Assembly: GCF_001194135.2 (NCBI RefSeq)
Contig: NC_068988.1
Span: 17,541,419 to 17,605,418, forward strand
Direction: 5' to 3'
Origin: Octopus bimaculoides
Lineage: Eukaryota
DNA: 64,000 nt
Position 1 is the first letter of the stretch; the number at the start of each line of letters is the position of its first letter. The position numbers and the translations under genes are program-made. Below, one piece after another: positions 1-11,372 of the stretch. The notes under the pieces were generated by a model that saw only the letters and a program-made list of their open reading frames with translations, was not told where the DNA came from and did not search any database.

Positions 1-19
1 TAGACAGACTTATATACCC

Positions 20-557
20 TTTATTGGTTTCATCCTCTCTTTTCTTCATAACTGGAATAGATAGTATGTTTTGGGGGTAGTTGTTGCTAAATAGATTGTT
101 ACTAAGCTTGATCATTTCTTCGTGGTAGGTATCACGATCGCTACTTATATTCTTTGCTCGTTGTTTTAGGCACTGAGCAATCCCTCAATTTACACTGTAT
201 GCATGGTGGGAAGTTAAGGTATCGTCCAGTGAAGGTCGGCTTGTGGTATACGGATGTCCTGAATCCATACTTGATGTGTATTATTAATACGTCTAGTAAT
301 GCTAGCTGATTGTCGTGTTTCGTTTTCCCTTGCTGATCTAGCAGCACTTGGACATCTTCCTGGCGGGACCAGAGTATAAAGGTGTCATCAACATATCGCA
401 GCCATCGGGTTGGTCTTAGTGGTATTGATCCTAAAGCCAAATTCTCAATCTTGATGGAAATGTTGATCTTCTGTGAAGAAGCTACCTACTTCAGTATGGT
501 CACTGACATATATCGACTAGAAGAGGGTTGAGCTATGGGTTCGCCGTTATCACAATA
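20..557 (-). mobile_element. Penelope-like (Poseidon-type) retroelement RT remnant with an inverted 5' piece
   Basis: The minus strand from ~449 down encodes ENLALGSIPLRPTRWLRYVDDTFILW...LALLDVLI...FRTSVYHKPTFTGRYLNF. After a frameshift it continues GIAQCLKQRAKNISSDRDTYHEEM. The plus strand at 450-557 encodes the preceding RT block LMEMLIFC...TYF...YRLEEG*AMGSPLS. Stops and frameshifts are present. Confidence 0.85.
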
Positions 558-840
558 GATTCTTTCCTCCGGCTGTTCGATTCGTGATAAGGTAATCTGA
601 TAATATGACTGGAACACGAAACGGAATGTATCTATAACTGTTTACAGCAGGATCTACTACCATATACTGACATTTCATAAATTTCAGATATACAGATAGT
701 ATATAAAGTGCTGAGCCTTACCGTCACCGTATTGATGCATTGAGAATGATGCTCAACGCCGAAACACTTTTGCCGAACCATTAGGTTACGTGGACGTAAA
801 TAAATCAACATCGGTCTTTTAAGTGATGTTGGTGAGGAAC

Positions 841-1018
841 AAAGACTGGCACAACCACAAATACGATGGGCTTCTTCCTGTTTCCCTCTACCAAAACCAC
901 TCACAAGTCTTTGATCGGCCCGAGGCTATAGTAGAAAACACTTACCCAAGGTGCCATACAGTGACTGAACCCGAAATCATGTGGTTCGGAAGCAAGCTTC
1001 TTACTACACAGCCTCGCC
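841..1018 (-). mobile_element. SINE family C, partial copy
   Basis: Matches the head and body of the fuller copies at 10171-10603 and 60310-60708 (ccaaggtgcca...ctgaacccg...agcaagct..ttac). Confidence 0.85.
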
Positions 1019-2476
1019 AGCACGATGTTCTGGGTGCGTAAATATGATAAATACCATTTCCATTATAAATAATAACTGCAGCTCGTGAAAGTCTTTCTTC
1101 ACTTCCTCAATAAATGTTGTCAATCTGGAATGTATTTTAAATTTTTAACCACCATATATATATTCTCTTAGATATTTCTGTTGCTAAGGCAAACCTGCAG
1201 TGGTCTCTTCGTATTTAGAATTTAGCAACTAATTCGAAATTATTTGGATAACTAATTTTGCTTGTTTCCATGCTTATAACACTGCTCAAGAACACTTTAC
1301 TGCAATCAACTTTTTCTGCCACAATTATTTTTATATTTGTATTCACTACATTAAGTTATCCTAACTTACGCATACCACCCTCCCATCGTGTTTTCAAGGC
1401 TAATGAATCTCATCAAATTCTCCATACCTTAGCTGATTGCAGTAATGATTCCATAGCTTCTCATGCGTATGTATTTGCAGCATATTAGTCAAGCAAATTC
1501 GAAATATAACCGCTTTAATCTGAAATAGGCTCCATCCTCCGTAATTGTGAGCGACTCTACTTGGGTGAGACATTCTCTCACAATAGACGCAGGTGAAGAT
1601 TTTAATCGAGATATCGTTTTGGTGTGATCCTTATAATCTAGGTTACGTATCAATAACTAATCAATCGACGCCCGTTTCTTTAAAAGGATTACAAGGATTA
1701 CAGAAAAATATTACCACTAATTATCATACAGAAGAAAACAATTTAGGAAAAGAAAAAAAATATGAAACATATTTCCGTTGAAAGTATTTTCATAGATTGT
1801 TTTTAAACGTGTGCTAAAGAATTACTTTTCTATCTGAAATACGTCAATAGCAGTTACTATGGCAACACACGTCCTACACTTCACACGCGCTGAACATGCA
1901 GTAACTATATTAAGCTAAACACACACCTCTGCCATTTTAACGTGCTACGCCTAGAGGAACAACAATGTGATCGCATGTTGATATTTGTGAATTCTTATGT
2001 GTATGCATATGCGTGTTTGCCATATTTATGCAGGAGCAATTAAATAATGCCTCGCAAAGGCACATGTACAGACACACACAAGCATATACAAATATACACA
2101 CACACACATTTATTCATGGTGTGTATATTCTGATATATATATATATATATATATAGGCACACACACACGCACACACACACACACAGATATTTCAACAGAC
2201 ACAGAAGCGTTTATAACCAAATTCTCAATTGAACACTTAGACATATTCAAGCGCGTATATATTCCAATAGATACGGACACACATACATCAAATCCTTCGA
2301 ACGAACAGGGAACTGGTATATATTGCATCCAATGAGAAGTGAAGCGGCACAAAACAAATACAATGCGATAATAGGAGAATACTTTGGTTTTTATACTTCT
2401 GTCAGTCGACGGACGACAGTCATTTGTAGGTCATTGCCTGAATGCTTCCGTCAAACAAATCAGTAGCAGTACTTAC

Positions 2477-2556
2477 TTTTGAAAGACTGGTACTTATTGT
2501 CTGACGCCATATTCCTGAATCGCTAACGAACGAAGACTTAAGCTAATATTGAAAAG
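2477..2556 (-). CDS. Candidate start-codon exon (5'UTR + MASDNKYQSFK, phase 1) of a gene running off the left edge
   Basis: Minus strand: tcttcgtctttctacacataacAG acceptor, 80-nt exon, in-frame stops upstream of the ATG at 2510 (context aatATGG), and donor AAA|GTAAGT at 2477/2476. No homology recognised. Confidence 0.4.
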
Positions 2557-3101
2557 CTGTTATGTGTAGAAAGACGAAGACACATGCACGCCCGCACACA
2601 CAGGCACATGTGATTGAGAAGCAAGCTTATAACCACACAGCCACACCTACGCATATATGTGTGTTCCTATGTGTGCGTGTGCGTATGTTTATGTGTATGA
2701 TTGGTTTCTTTCAGTCGTGCCATTACCTATTTCTATGACTGAGTCAATCGTAGATGTTTACATATGTATGTGTGTTCACACTATGTTAACGTTAATTCCA
2801 TCGGCACATAGATTTTTTTTTTTCAATGAGATGGGAGAATGTTATAGAGTAGAACAGGTGGGGAAAATATGCAGAAGAAATTCAAGGAAGTAAACGTCTT
2901 GTATATTTGAATTCGTGCTTTCAACCATGCAGTTTCATTCATTGCTGTGCTAATTTCGTTTACTTTACCCCGAAGAAGACATCCATACTTATTTTTTTAG
3001 TATTATTCGTCGATTTATACTTCTGTAATGTTCTAATAATTGCATTTCTTATTGCAAGGAAACCAAGAACAAAAATAGCATCACCATCAGTAATAACACC
3101 A

Positions 3102-3104
<3 letters not shown>

Positions 3105-3147
<43 letters not shown>

Positions 3148-3268
3148 ATAATAATAATAATAATAACAATAATAATCATGGCCATCATCTTCATCATCAT
3201 CAGCAGCAGCAACAGCAGCAGTAGTAGTAGTACTCACAGTGGCAGTGGTAGTAGCAGTAGCAATAGTA
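3105..3268. repeat. Compound trinucleotide microsatellite (ACT)n(AAT)n(CAT)n(CAG)n(TAG)n
   Basis: Read directly; explains the low-complexity ORFs 2907..3224 and 2960..3169. Confidence 0.95.
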
Positions 3269-3501
3269 GTAGCTTCTTTAAAATAGGCACTGAGCTAGAA
3301 ATTACTTTTGAGGGAATGTAACACTGATTGTATCGATCTCAGTACAGAAGGATGTTTATTTTTGTTGATATAAACTCATGATATAAAGAGCCGGAGGAAA
3401 TATCGCTAATCTTGCAATGATTTTGTTCGACGCAGTTGCCATTTTGTCCATTCAAAATTGTATTGAAAATAGTCATTATTATTACTACTATTATCATTAT
3501 T

Positions 3502-3693
3502 AGGCGGCGAGCTGGCAGAATGGTTAGCGGTATTTCGTCTGTCGCTACGTTCTGAGTTTATATTTCCGCCGGGGTTGACTTTGTCTTTCATCCTTTCGGG
3601 GTGGATAAATTAAGTACCAGTGAAACACTGATCAATATAATCGACTGCGCCCCCTCCACGAATTTCAAGCCTTGTGCCTTTAGTAGAAAGGAT
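3502..3693 (+). mobile_element. SINE family B (tRNA-derived, short tail), with an internal deletion
   Basis: Head ggcggcgagctggcagaa, B-box-like gttctgagtt, core tttcatcctttcggggtggataaattaagtaccag, (ATT)n on both sides. Confidence 0.9.
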
Positions 3694-3710
3694 TATTATT
3701 ATTATCATAA

Positions 3711-3797
3711 TTGAGTGAAGGAGCAGCGCATGTCATGAAATTGGCGCTGGAGTAAAATAAAGGAAGCTCAGTATACCCATCATGACTACTCGTCTGA
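3711..3797 (-). mobile_element. Unclassified repeat family D, terminal fragment
   Basis: Matches the ends of the copies at 51605-52147 and 59395-59512 (tagtcatgatgggtatactg...cactc followed by AAT repeats). Confidence 0.7.
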
Positions 3798-3807
3798 TTA
3801 TTATTAC

Positions 3808-3856
<49 letters not shown>

Positions 3857-4430
3857 GTTTGATACTGTCCCGAAAGTTCCAATCGACGGGCTATCTTGTA
3901 TTTAAGAAGATTGTGTAAGCGTATTTTTTTCGCCTTCCCTACTTAACTAATTGTGTGTCAAAGGGTTAGGCAACATCAGTTATAGAGCACGTGTAGCTTA
4001 CTTTGTCTATCATTACTAGGTCAGGCTTGTTCTCAAGTACCTGGTCCCTTTCGACTGGGAAATACCACAGGAATTTGCAAGTCTCCGACTTAACCATTTC
4101 CTCTGATATGTGTTTATACCAAATCTTGCCTCTCATCAACTCCATTTCACACAGCTGTGAAGTGCAGCACTTTTGGCACTTCATCATGTTGCTTCAATTT
4201 ATATTGGTTTGGGGCAAGTCGCATTCATTCGGTTAGAATATGGGTAAGGGTTTCTTCAAATCCATTGCATTAGCTCATTCAAGTAATGTCTACTCTGTAG
4301 ATAAAAACTTGTATCGAAAGCTCACTATTTAGTTTCTTTCCATTTGGCAATGCAGGTTTGTCATCTGTGTTGTAAAATACGGAATCTGAACTTGGGGGCA
4401 ACAAAAACAGTTATTCTGCACTTTACTAAA
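3857..4430 (-). mobile_element. R4/Dong-clade non-LTR retrotransposon remnant (zinc-knuckle region + restriction-like endonuclease)
   Basis: Minus translation gives ETLTHILTE*MRLAPNQYKLKQHDEVPKVLH...WYKH...CKFLWYFP...ENKPDLVMIDK...ITDVA*PFDT...LKYKIAR...IGTFGTVSN. It abuts (TAA)n at ~3798-3857. Confidence 0.85.
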
Positions 4431-7215
4431 TCGATAGTCGGCGTTTGAATTTAATTAAAGGTCATATATTGCCTTTCTTTAAGGTGTAGAGTAGTATAAT
4501 TGGTCAGTATATCACTTGCTTCATTTGTTTCAGTTGCGGTATGTCTGTTACGGAGGAATATATCCCAATAAATGCTTTCAATTGCAGTGTCAGATTTTCA
4601 TCCAAGAGGAAATAGCTATCTTTATGGTGGTGAAGAATTTGTTGTTATTGTATGTCGATGAGAAATACTTCACTGGAAACAGACATTTCCTGGATACGTT
4701 AGTCACAAAATTCATGTTGAATGGGTAATCAAAGAAGCTACATTGTATTCCCTGGTTCGTCAATGGTTTGGAGGAGGGTGATTTGGAATCTTGCATGCGA
4801 AATAATTATGAAACTCTCTGAGTCATCTTGTTTGAGGAAAAGTCAGTGACTCCCATAATCATTTCGCATACTAGATTCATAATTATGACCAAGCATATTG
4901 AGACTTTGGAAAAGTATCCAGTGTTCAAATTAGAATTTTAGAAGAGAAGGAGTGGTGTTTGTTATGAATATGTAGATTAACATAATATGATGTTGATAGT
5001 TATAAGTATTTGGATTTCTATAAATACTCATGATAAACAGAAATTCTTTGTCCTATACGGTACAAAATTGAAGTGTAACCACGAAAATATATAGCTACTT
5101 TTATACAACTCTGTAGTTGATACAGCTCACGAGATATTTATATAGCGCTTTGAAAGTATTTCTATATGTAAATGAAGATGCATATGTCTAAAATATGTGA
5201 ATATTCTCTGATTACTGCTCCGTTAAATACATGAATGTGTTTTGAAAACATAAACCCCGATAAAATATTAAAACAAAATAAAATATAGATAAATCGGAAG
5301 TATCTGTTGAATAATCTAAATTTGTGTCCATTGCTCTAATGGTTAGAACATCGGTTATTCCGTTCTACAAAAGAATTAATAGGATATAGACAGATATGTC
5401 GCGCTAAAAATATAACGAACATAGTGGCAAATAATAAATGTAGAATTTATTTCCAGAGAAAATGTTTGAAAAATATTTTCGCATGTGCACTTAATTCAAT
5501 ATAGAGGAAAAGATGAATGAATGCAAACGTTAAACCAAGATACATATGGTGGCTACTTGTAATTATTTTTTTAATATTTAATTATACTTTTATGTCAGAC
5601 AATTCATTGAATGTAAGTGGCTACTCAATTATAAATGGTTTCTCCGCTTCATAGTTTTCCTCTCAAGTTAATATATTTTAAAACGTATTTGAGCATATGA
5701 TTTAAAATTTGATTTTTCCATAGGAATACCATGTTATCTGATAGTAAATATATGAAAAGCATGTCAGTAACAAAGACTTTATGTCCCCAAATTTTCTGGA
5801 CATTAATATTCAGAGCAGCCTATCTTCATAGTTTTGACTGAATATGTTATTGTCGTAATGGATTATACAAATATCTGAATTTTTAAAGTGCGAATTGATA
5901 CATGAAATGCATAAAAAGCAATTTACACACAGAATCATGGAATAAATATTATAAAAATTGTAAACAATAAAGCCCATGGATTTAGTATTTTAATCCAATA
6001 ATCCTTCTAATGTAAAATTACTAAGAAACTACTTGTAAAGGGAATTAAGACGAAATGGAACCTCCATTCATGTCTGCAATACAGTTTCTATAAAACTCCG
6101 CCTACTTTTAATCCAACATAAAATTGACATAGCAGCAAAAATTAATCCACTGAGTAGCTAAAATCATGAATTTTCCCAATGGAAGAAATCTAATTTACTT
6201 AACCTTAAATAATCGTGTACCAAAATTTTCAATTAAAATTTACCAATCGCAATTCTGCTCAATTGAACACGTGTCTAATTAATACACAATCTTTAAAGCG
6301 TACAACATAGACTGATTGTCAAATATTGATGGATGTTTCGTTTCCTAAAACTGTTCAAGGAAATCTGCTCGAAATAGAAGTACATTTTGAGATCACATCA
6401 GGAGCAATATTATCTCTGTTAGTAATTTCCTTTGTTTAGAGTAATAGAAGCGATTTATAGTACTTGTATATTCGGTCAAATCTGTAGTAGGTCTCACGAA
6501 AGAAGACTGGATAGAAGAAAACCGGATATGTCGCAAAGTATTGAAATTACATAAAGAATTAACAAAAAACAACAACAACAAAGCAAAGCCTATCTATTCC
6601 ACGTTATTGGTAAAAATTAACGCCCGTAGATAGTATCGGCAGGAGTTATGCTTGAATATTTTCTAATTTCTGCATAGAGTTGTCACGGAAACATACGACA
6701 GAAATTAACACACTGTAATTGTCATTTTCACATTTGAAGTACTGTAGCACATATAGCAGGTTCAGGTATCGATTGGAATATGAATTACTAATTCAAAAGT
6801 GTGAGGAAAGAAAAGGTAATAACTACTCATTTTTGGTGTTCACAAAAGCGTTTATGATTAAGAATCAGTAGTATAAATCAAAGCAAGTAAAATAAAAATC
6901 AAAGATGTATAAAAATGAAACTATATGTATTGGTGAACATTATATGCAGCATCATTGATAGATCGTTCAATCATATCATATTTCTACTTTCAACGTTGAG
7001 GCTAAGGAGTTTCGATGCGAAGCAACATAATTATTTTATCTAGGTTTCATCACGGCATAGATTGAGGTTTACAGAATGTTCTATTTTACAGAGACAGTAC
7101 TATATACAGGCATATAAAGTTACAGACAATAATTGTGTGTTTGATACAGACTTGTATGTCTATGTTTTACATTAATGTGAATCCATGTCTCTCTATGTAT
7201 ATGTATGAGTGTGTG

Positions 7216-7251
<36 letters not shown>

Positions 7252-7261
7252 NNNNNNNNNN

Positions 7262-7301
<40 letters not shown>

Positions 7302-7544
7302 TCATGTGTGTATGTGTGTGCAGCTGGATATCTTTGTATATGCACTTATGTATAATGATATAAATATATGTGTACATGTATGCATAAATAATTATATATG
7401 TATGTATAATACATATGTATATGTATTTATATGTTTCTGAATATACGTATAGTTAAATATGCATACACGCGCACACATACACAAACGCAAGCACGCGCAC
7501 GCGCACGTATATATTTATTTATACACACACAAACACACACACAC

Positions 7545-7602
<58 letters not shown>

Positions 7603-8157
7603 ATAAATACATAATGTTAGGCATTAATATTGTTGTGTTTAGGGAGGGTCATAATGCCAATGATATTTAGAAAAAACACTCACTAGTTCAATACCACTTC
7701 TTTTGTTTACGAACTAACTATTCAATTATGTGTTTAATGTGTTCATTGAACAATCAGTCGGTTGTTGGTTTTCTCTGTCAAAGTCCTTTCTCGTTGGTAT
7801 TCGACACTTCATGAATGTCACCTCCTCGCCCTTCACGGTCTCTTTGAATTTGTATGTATGTACGTATGAATGAGTGTTTACTTGTCTGTGCCTTCTACTT
7901 TCTGTGGTATAGCTGTCTTTGTGTTGAATAGGTAAACGTCTATATACGTTTGTGTGTGTACGTTCTTCTGTGTGCATGTTTCCGCGCAAATGTGTTCTTG
8001 TGTGTTTCAGTGTCTATGTGTATTTTTTATGCCTGTGTGTGTTTTAGCGTGTGCATTTCGTGTACGTAGATGTGTATGTTTGTGTACTAGAATTGTTCAT
8101 AATTACACGTATTAATCTTTAAGCATACCTGTGTGTCCTACTATCATTCAAATACTG

Positions 8158-8197
<40 letters not shown>

Positions 8198-8800
8198 TTA
8201 TATATATACCCACTTAGGCATGACCACCCGCCCACCAACATGGACGTACACGCACCCACATTATGTATGTGTTGCGTGGGCAGTGACAGTGGTGCTGTGA
8301 TTCTATTATTTCCTATGTATATATTCTATTTAGAGTTGGCTTCGTCTCATTTGTGAAAAACAAATTACCTATCTGAAGTCTCTCGGGTGTTTAGACAAGA
8401 TTTCGATACAAATACGATTCAACACGCCACTATGTTGATCTTTGGCATGTTGGTAGAGTATCGAGGACTGTTTCCTGTCATTACACACTCACCATAGCTG
8501 ACAACAATGGGGCATTTACCCATAGATATATGTATATATGTATATATATATGTGTATATTCGTACTGATATATGTGAATAGCCGTGTGTGTGTGTGTGCG
8601 TGTTTGTCTGAGCCCTTTGGTGTTTAGCTCCAGAACAACTCTGGCCTACAAGTCCACTGTCTCTATCAATCATCTAGAATTTTAACACCAAATGTTTCCT
8701 TCTGTTTCTGAAAAGACATGGTGTATTTATCGCTGAAATTTCACCTTGCTATATGTAAATATTTAGCTTGCAAGATGCAGAAAGGACATCCATCCTCAAA

Positions 8801-8965
8801 TGTTCCGTCCGAAAGAAAACCATCGTGTGATTCGAAAGCGGACGAGATGAGAGCTACGTCGAAAATGGCATCGATCGTGACAACGTCAGTCGTAAATTCG
8901 CTGCGGCAAACGAGGGAAACTATGTCGGCAGCATTGCACAATTACATCCGTTTTAATGTAATTAT
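8801..8965. promoter_or_regulatory. CpG-dense unique block (possible promoter or first exon)
   Basis: 16 CpG in 140 nt (8801-8940), about 49% GC against an AT-rich background; not similar to any repeat recognised in the window. Confidence 0.3.
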
Positions 8966-10170
8966 GCGTGATTTTACTAATGTGATATAGAAAAACTACA
9001 ACCTTTGTATGACACACGTGTGTTCAAATGTTAAAATGAAATTGCAGTATTGAAGCTATAAAGATTAGAGGATACATTTGTCACAGGGAATTAACAGATC
9101 CGTGTTCTAACGTCTGTATAACGATAACAAGCTAGTACACTCGTTTGAAAATTGTTTGCTACGGATGCCATGATCCATTAAGTACATACCGTTATATATT
9201 CATTGTCGTTAGTGCAGCGATAGTCAAATTAATTCCTTTGAAAATTGTTTGCCGCTAGTGTAACAATTTAACAGGTGGATTCTATTGTAAATCATTTGCA
9301 GTTTGATCACAGAAAGCAAAATTACTATGTTTCTTAGAAAAATGTTTGGCCGCTTAAGCAAGGTTTTTCATCAGACCAGAAAATTCTCTCATATTACCTC
9401 CTCGAGATCTATAAAAATCTAGCACGAATGAGCTGGGTTAGGTAATGGTCGAAGTCGAGCATAGGTAAATTAATGTTATAAAATGAACATTAGCCCTCTT
9501 CTATTTCACTGGTTTTCCACGTCGCTCTAATACAGAGCACTCGTATATTGAATAGCGTAGCTCTACATGACATCACGTTATTACAGAGTAAATTGCTCAA
9601 TGCTTACCCATCCATAATTGATATAATATTTATGTTGGTATAGCAACTTTACGACAAATGAAGCTTCAATCCCTATTAGAAGTTATTCATCTTACATCAT
9701 ATCCCAATGCACAATTCTCGTGTTGGATATAATGCCTTAAGGACACAATCATTGTAGCATAGCAACTATAAAGCCCTGCAGATCGTTTGCAGTATTATCA
9801 CGTATTTAATACTTGGCTGTTGTCTAGCTTTACATACGGTCACGTAATTCTAGTTTATGTTGCTCATAGATTACCAAGATGTCAAGCTATTTGCATGCTT
9901 GCATGCATTTTCGCTTTTATTCTCTGTTTATTTCGACAGACATTTCTACCACGGGAACGAACATTATCTCTTCTTTCTCCAGTGCAATTATTTTTTCACA
10001 TTATTTAGAACATTATGTATGATTAACGTGCATGTTACATTTTCAACTAGCTTCCTTTAAAATGGTGTGTTTATATTCTTCCTATTTAAACCTATGGATA
10101 TTATCAGTCTACCACATGGAACACCACTAAAATCAAGAATTTCAGTTCATGAACACTCAGTTGAATCCAC

Positions 10171-10603
10171 TTATACTCTTTTACTCTTATACTTGTTTCA
10201 GTCCATTGACTACGGCCATGCTGGAGCACCACCTTTAGTCGAGCAAATAGACCCCAGGACTTATTCTTTGTAAGCCTGCCTAGTACTTATTCTATCGGTC
10301 TCTTTTGGCGAACCGCTAAGTTACAGGGAAATAAACACACCAGCATCGATTGTCAACAGATGTTGGGTGGGGGGGACAAACACAGACACTTAAACATACA
10401 CACATACACACACACACACACATATATATGTAAACATATATACGACGGGCTTCTTTCAGTTTCCGTCTACCAAATCCACTCACAAGGCTTTGGTCGGCCC
10501 GAGGCTATAGTAGAAGACACTTGCCCAAGGTGCCACGCAGTGGGACTGAACCCGGAACCATTTCGTAAGCAAGCTACTTACCACACGGCCACTCCTACGC
10601 CTT
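10171..10603 (-). mobile_element. SINE family C, near full length, with internal (CA)/(TA) microsatellite
   Basis: The reverse complement begins aggcgtaggagtggccgtgtggtaagtagc (A box), then ggttccgggttcagtccc (B box) and ggcaccttgggcaagtgtctt (CORE-like motif), and ends gactgaaacaagtataagagtaaaagag. May be one of the published octopus OK/OR1/OR2 families; not assignable by eye. Confidence 0.92.
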
Positions 10604-10902
10604 ATCTATAGAACACTTGTTTTTATTAGTATATTGGTTCGAAAACTGTTATTTTACTTCGAGCGTGCGACAACATAACCTTTGTTAAAACACGTACTTG
10701 TTTAATTGCTGTAGGATTATTATACGCAACTGGTGGTATATGGAATATAAAAGAAAGTTCATAGCAACTAACTTAGGTGTCATTCACAATCGAATAAGAC
10801 ATAGTAACCATGTGGAGAATTTCTCGTAGCTTATTTTTGGTAGCCGTGTAGTCAGGGGCTGAAATAGTCACTCTTCCTTCTTGCGCATATTTTTCTCAAC
10901 AG

Positions 10903-10914
10903 GATATGAATTAG
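10903..10914 (+). CDS. Candidate 12-nt frame-preserving microexon (phase 1-1; x-Y-E-L-x)
   Basis: ctcttccttcttgcgcatatttttctcaacAG|GATATGAATTAG|GTATCT; long pyrimidine-rich tract containing TGC; only one frame is open. Confidence 0.3.
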   Translation, partial: DMN

Positions 10915-11321
10915 GTATCTTGCTTTCTTTATTTAGATACTAAGATAATGACAGAAGATGCTTACTCGGTTCCATTTGAACTCAGAATATAAAGAACCGA
11001 AACAAATACCACAAAGTATTTTGCCCGACGCTACAACGAATCTGCCAATTCACTACATTAAGGATATATATATATATATATATATANNNNNNNNNNNNNN
11101 NNNNNNNNNNNNNNNNNNNNNNNNNNNNNNNNNNNNNNNNNNNNNNNNNNNNNNNNNNNNNNNNNNNNNNNNNNNNNNNNNNNNNNNNNNNNNNNNNNNN
11201 NNNNNNNNNNNNNNNNNNNNNNNNNNNNNNNNNNNNNNNNNNNNNNGAGACAGTATACGCATACACATACACAGCAGAAATACACATAAATACATATATA
11301 TATATAATGTGCATATATAAA

Positions 11322-11372
<51 letters not shown>

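Noticed and set aside
4440-4930. GC-richer stretch next to the R4/Dong remnant with semi-open frames
   Set aside because: No recognisable motif in any frame, and stop density is not clearly below chance.
5599-5612. 14-nt AG...GTAAGT microexon-like site, and similar GTAAGT hits near 19795, 21192, 22304, 43583, 56098 and 61920
   Set aside because: A rough estimate gives on the order of 20 chance GTAAGT per strand in this window; these have weak acceptors or frame-shifting lengths.
7120-7670. ORFs rich in YI/CV/HT repeats here and around every gap (e.g. 21236-22262, 35517-36770, 53106-53868, 61346-62280)
   Set aside because: They are translations of (TA)n, (TG)n, (CA)n and N runs, not genes.
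7726-7850. Protein-like minus frame FKETVKGEEVTFMKCRIPTRKDF
   Set aside because: No credible acceptor and no recognised domain.
9338-9441. Short ORF resembling a mitochondrial presequence (MFGRLSKVFHQTRKFSHITSSRSIKI)
   Set aside because: It ends in a stop with no donor before it.
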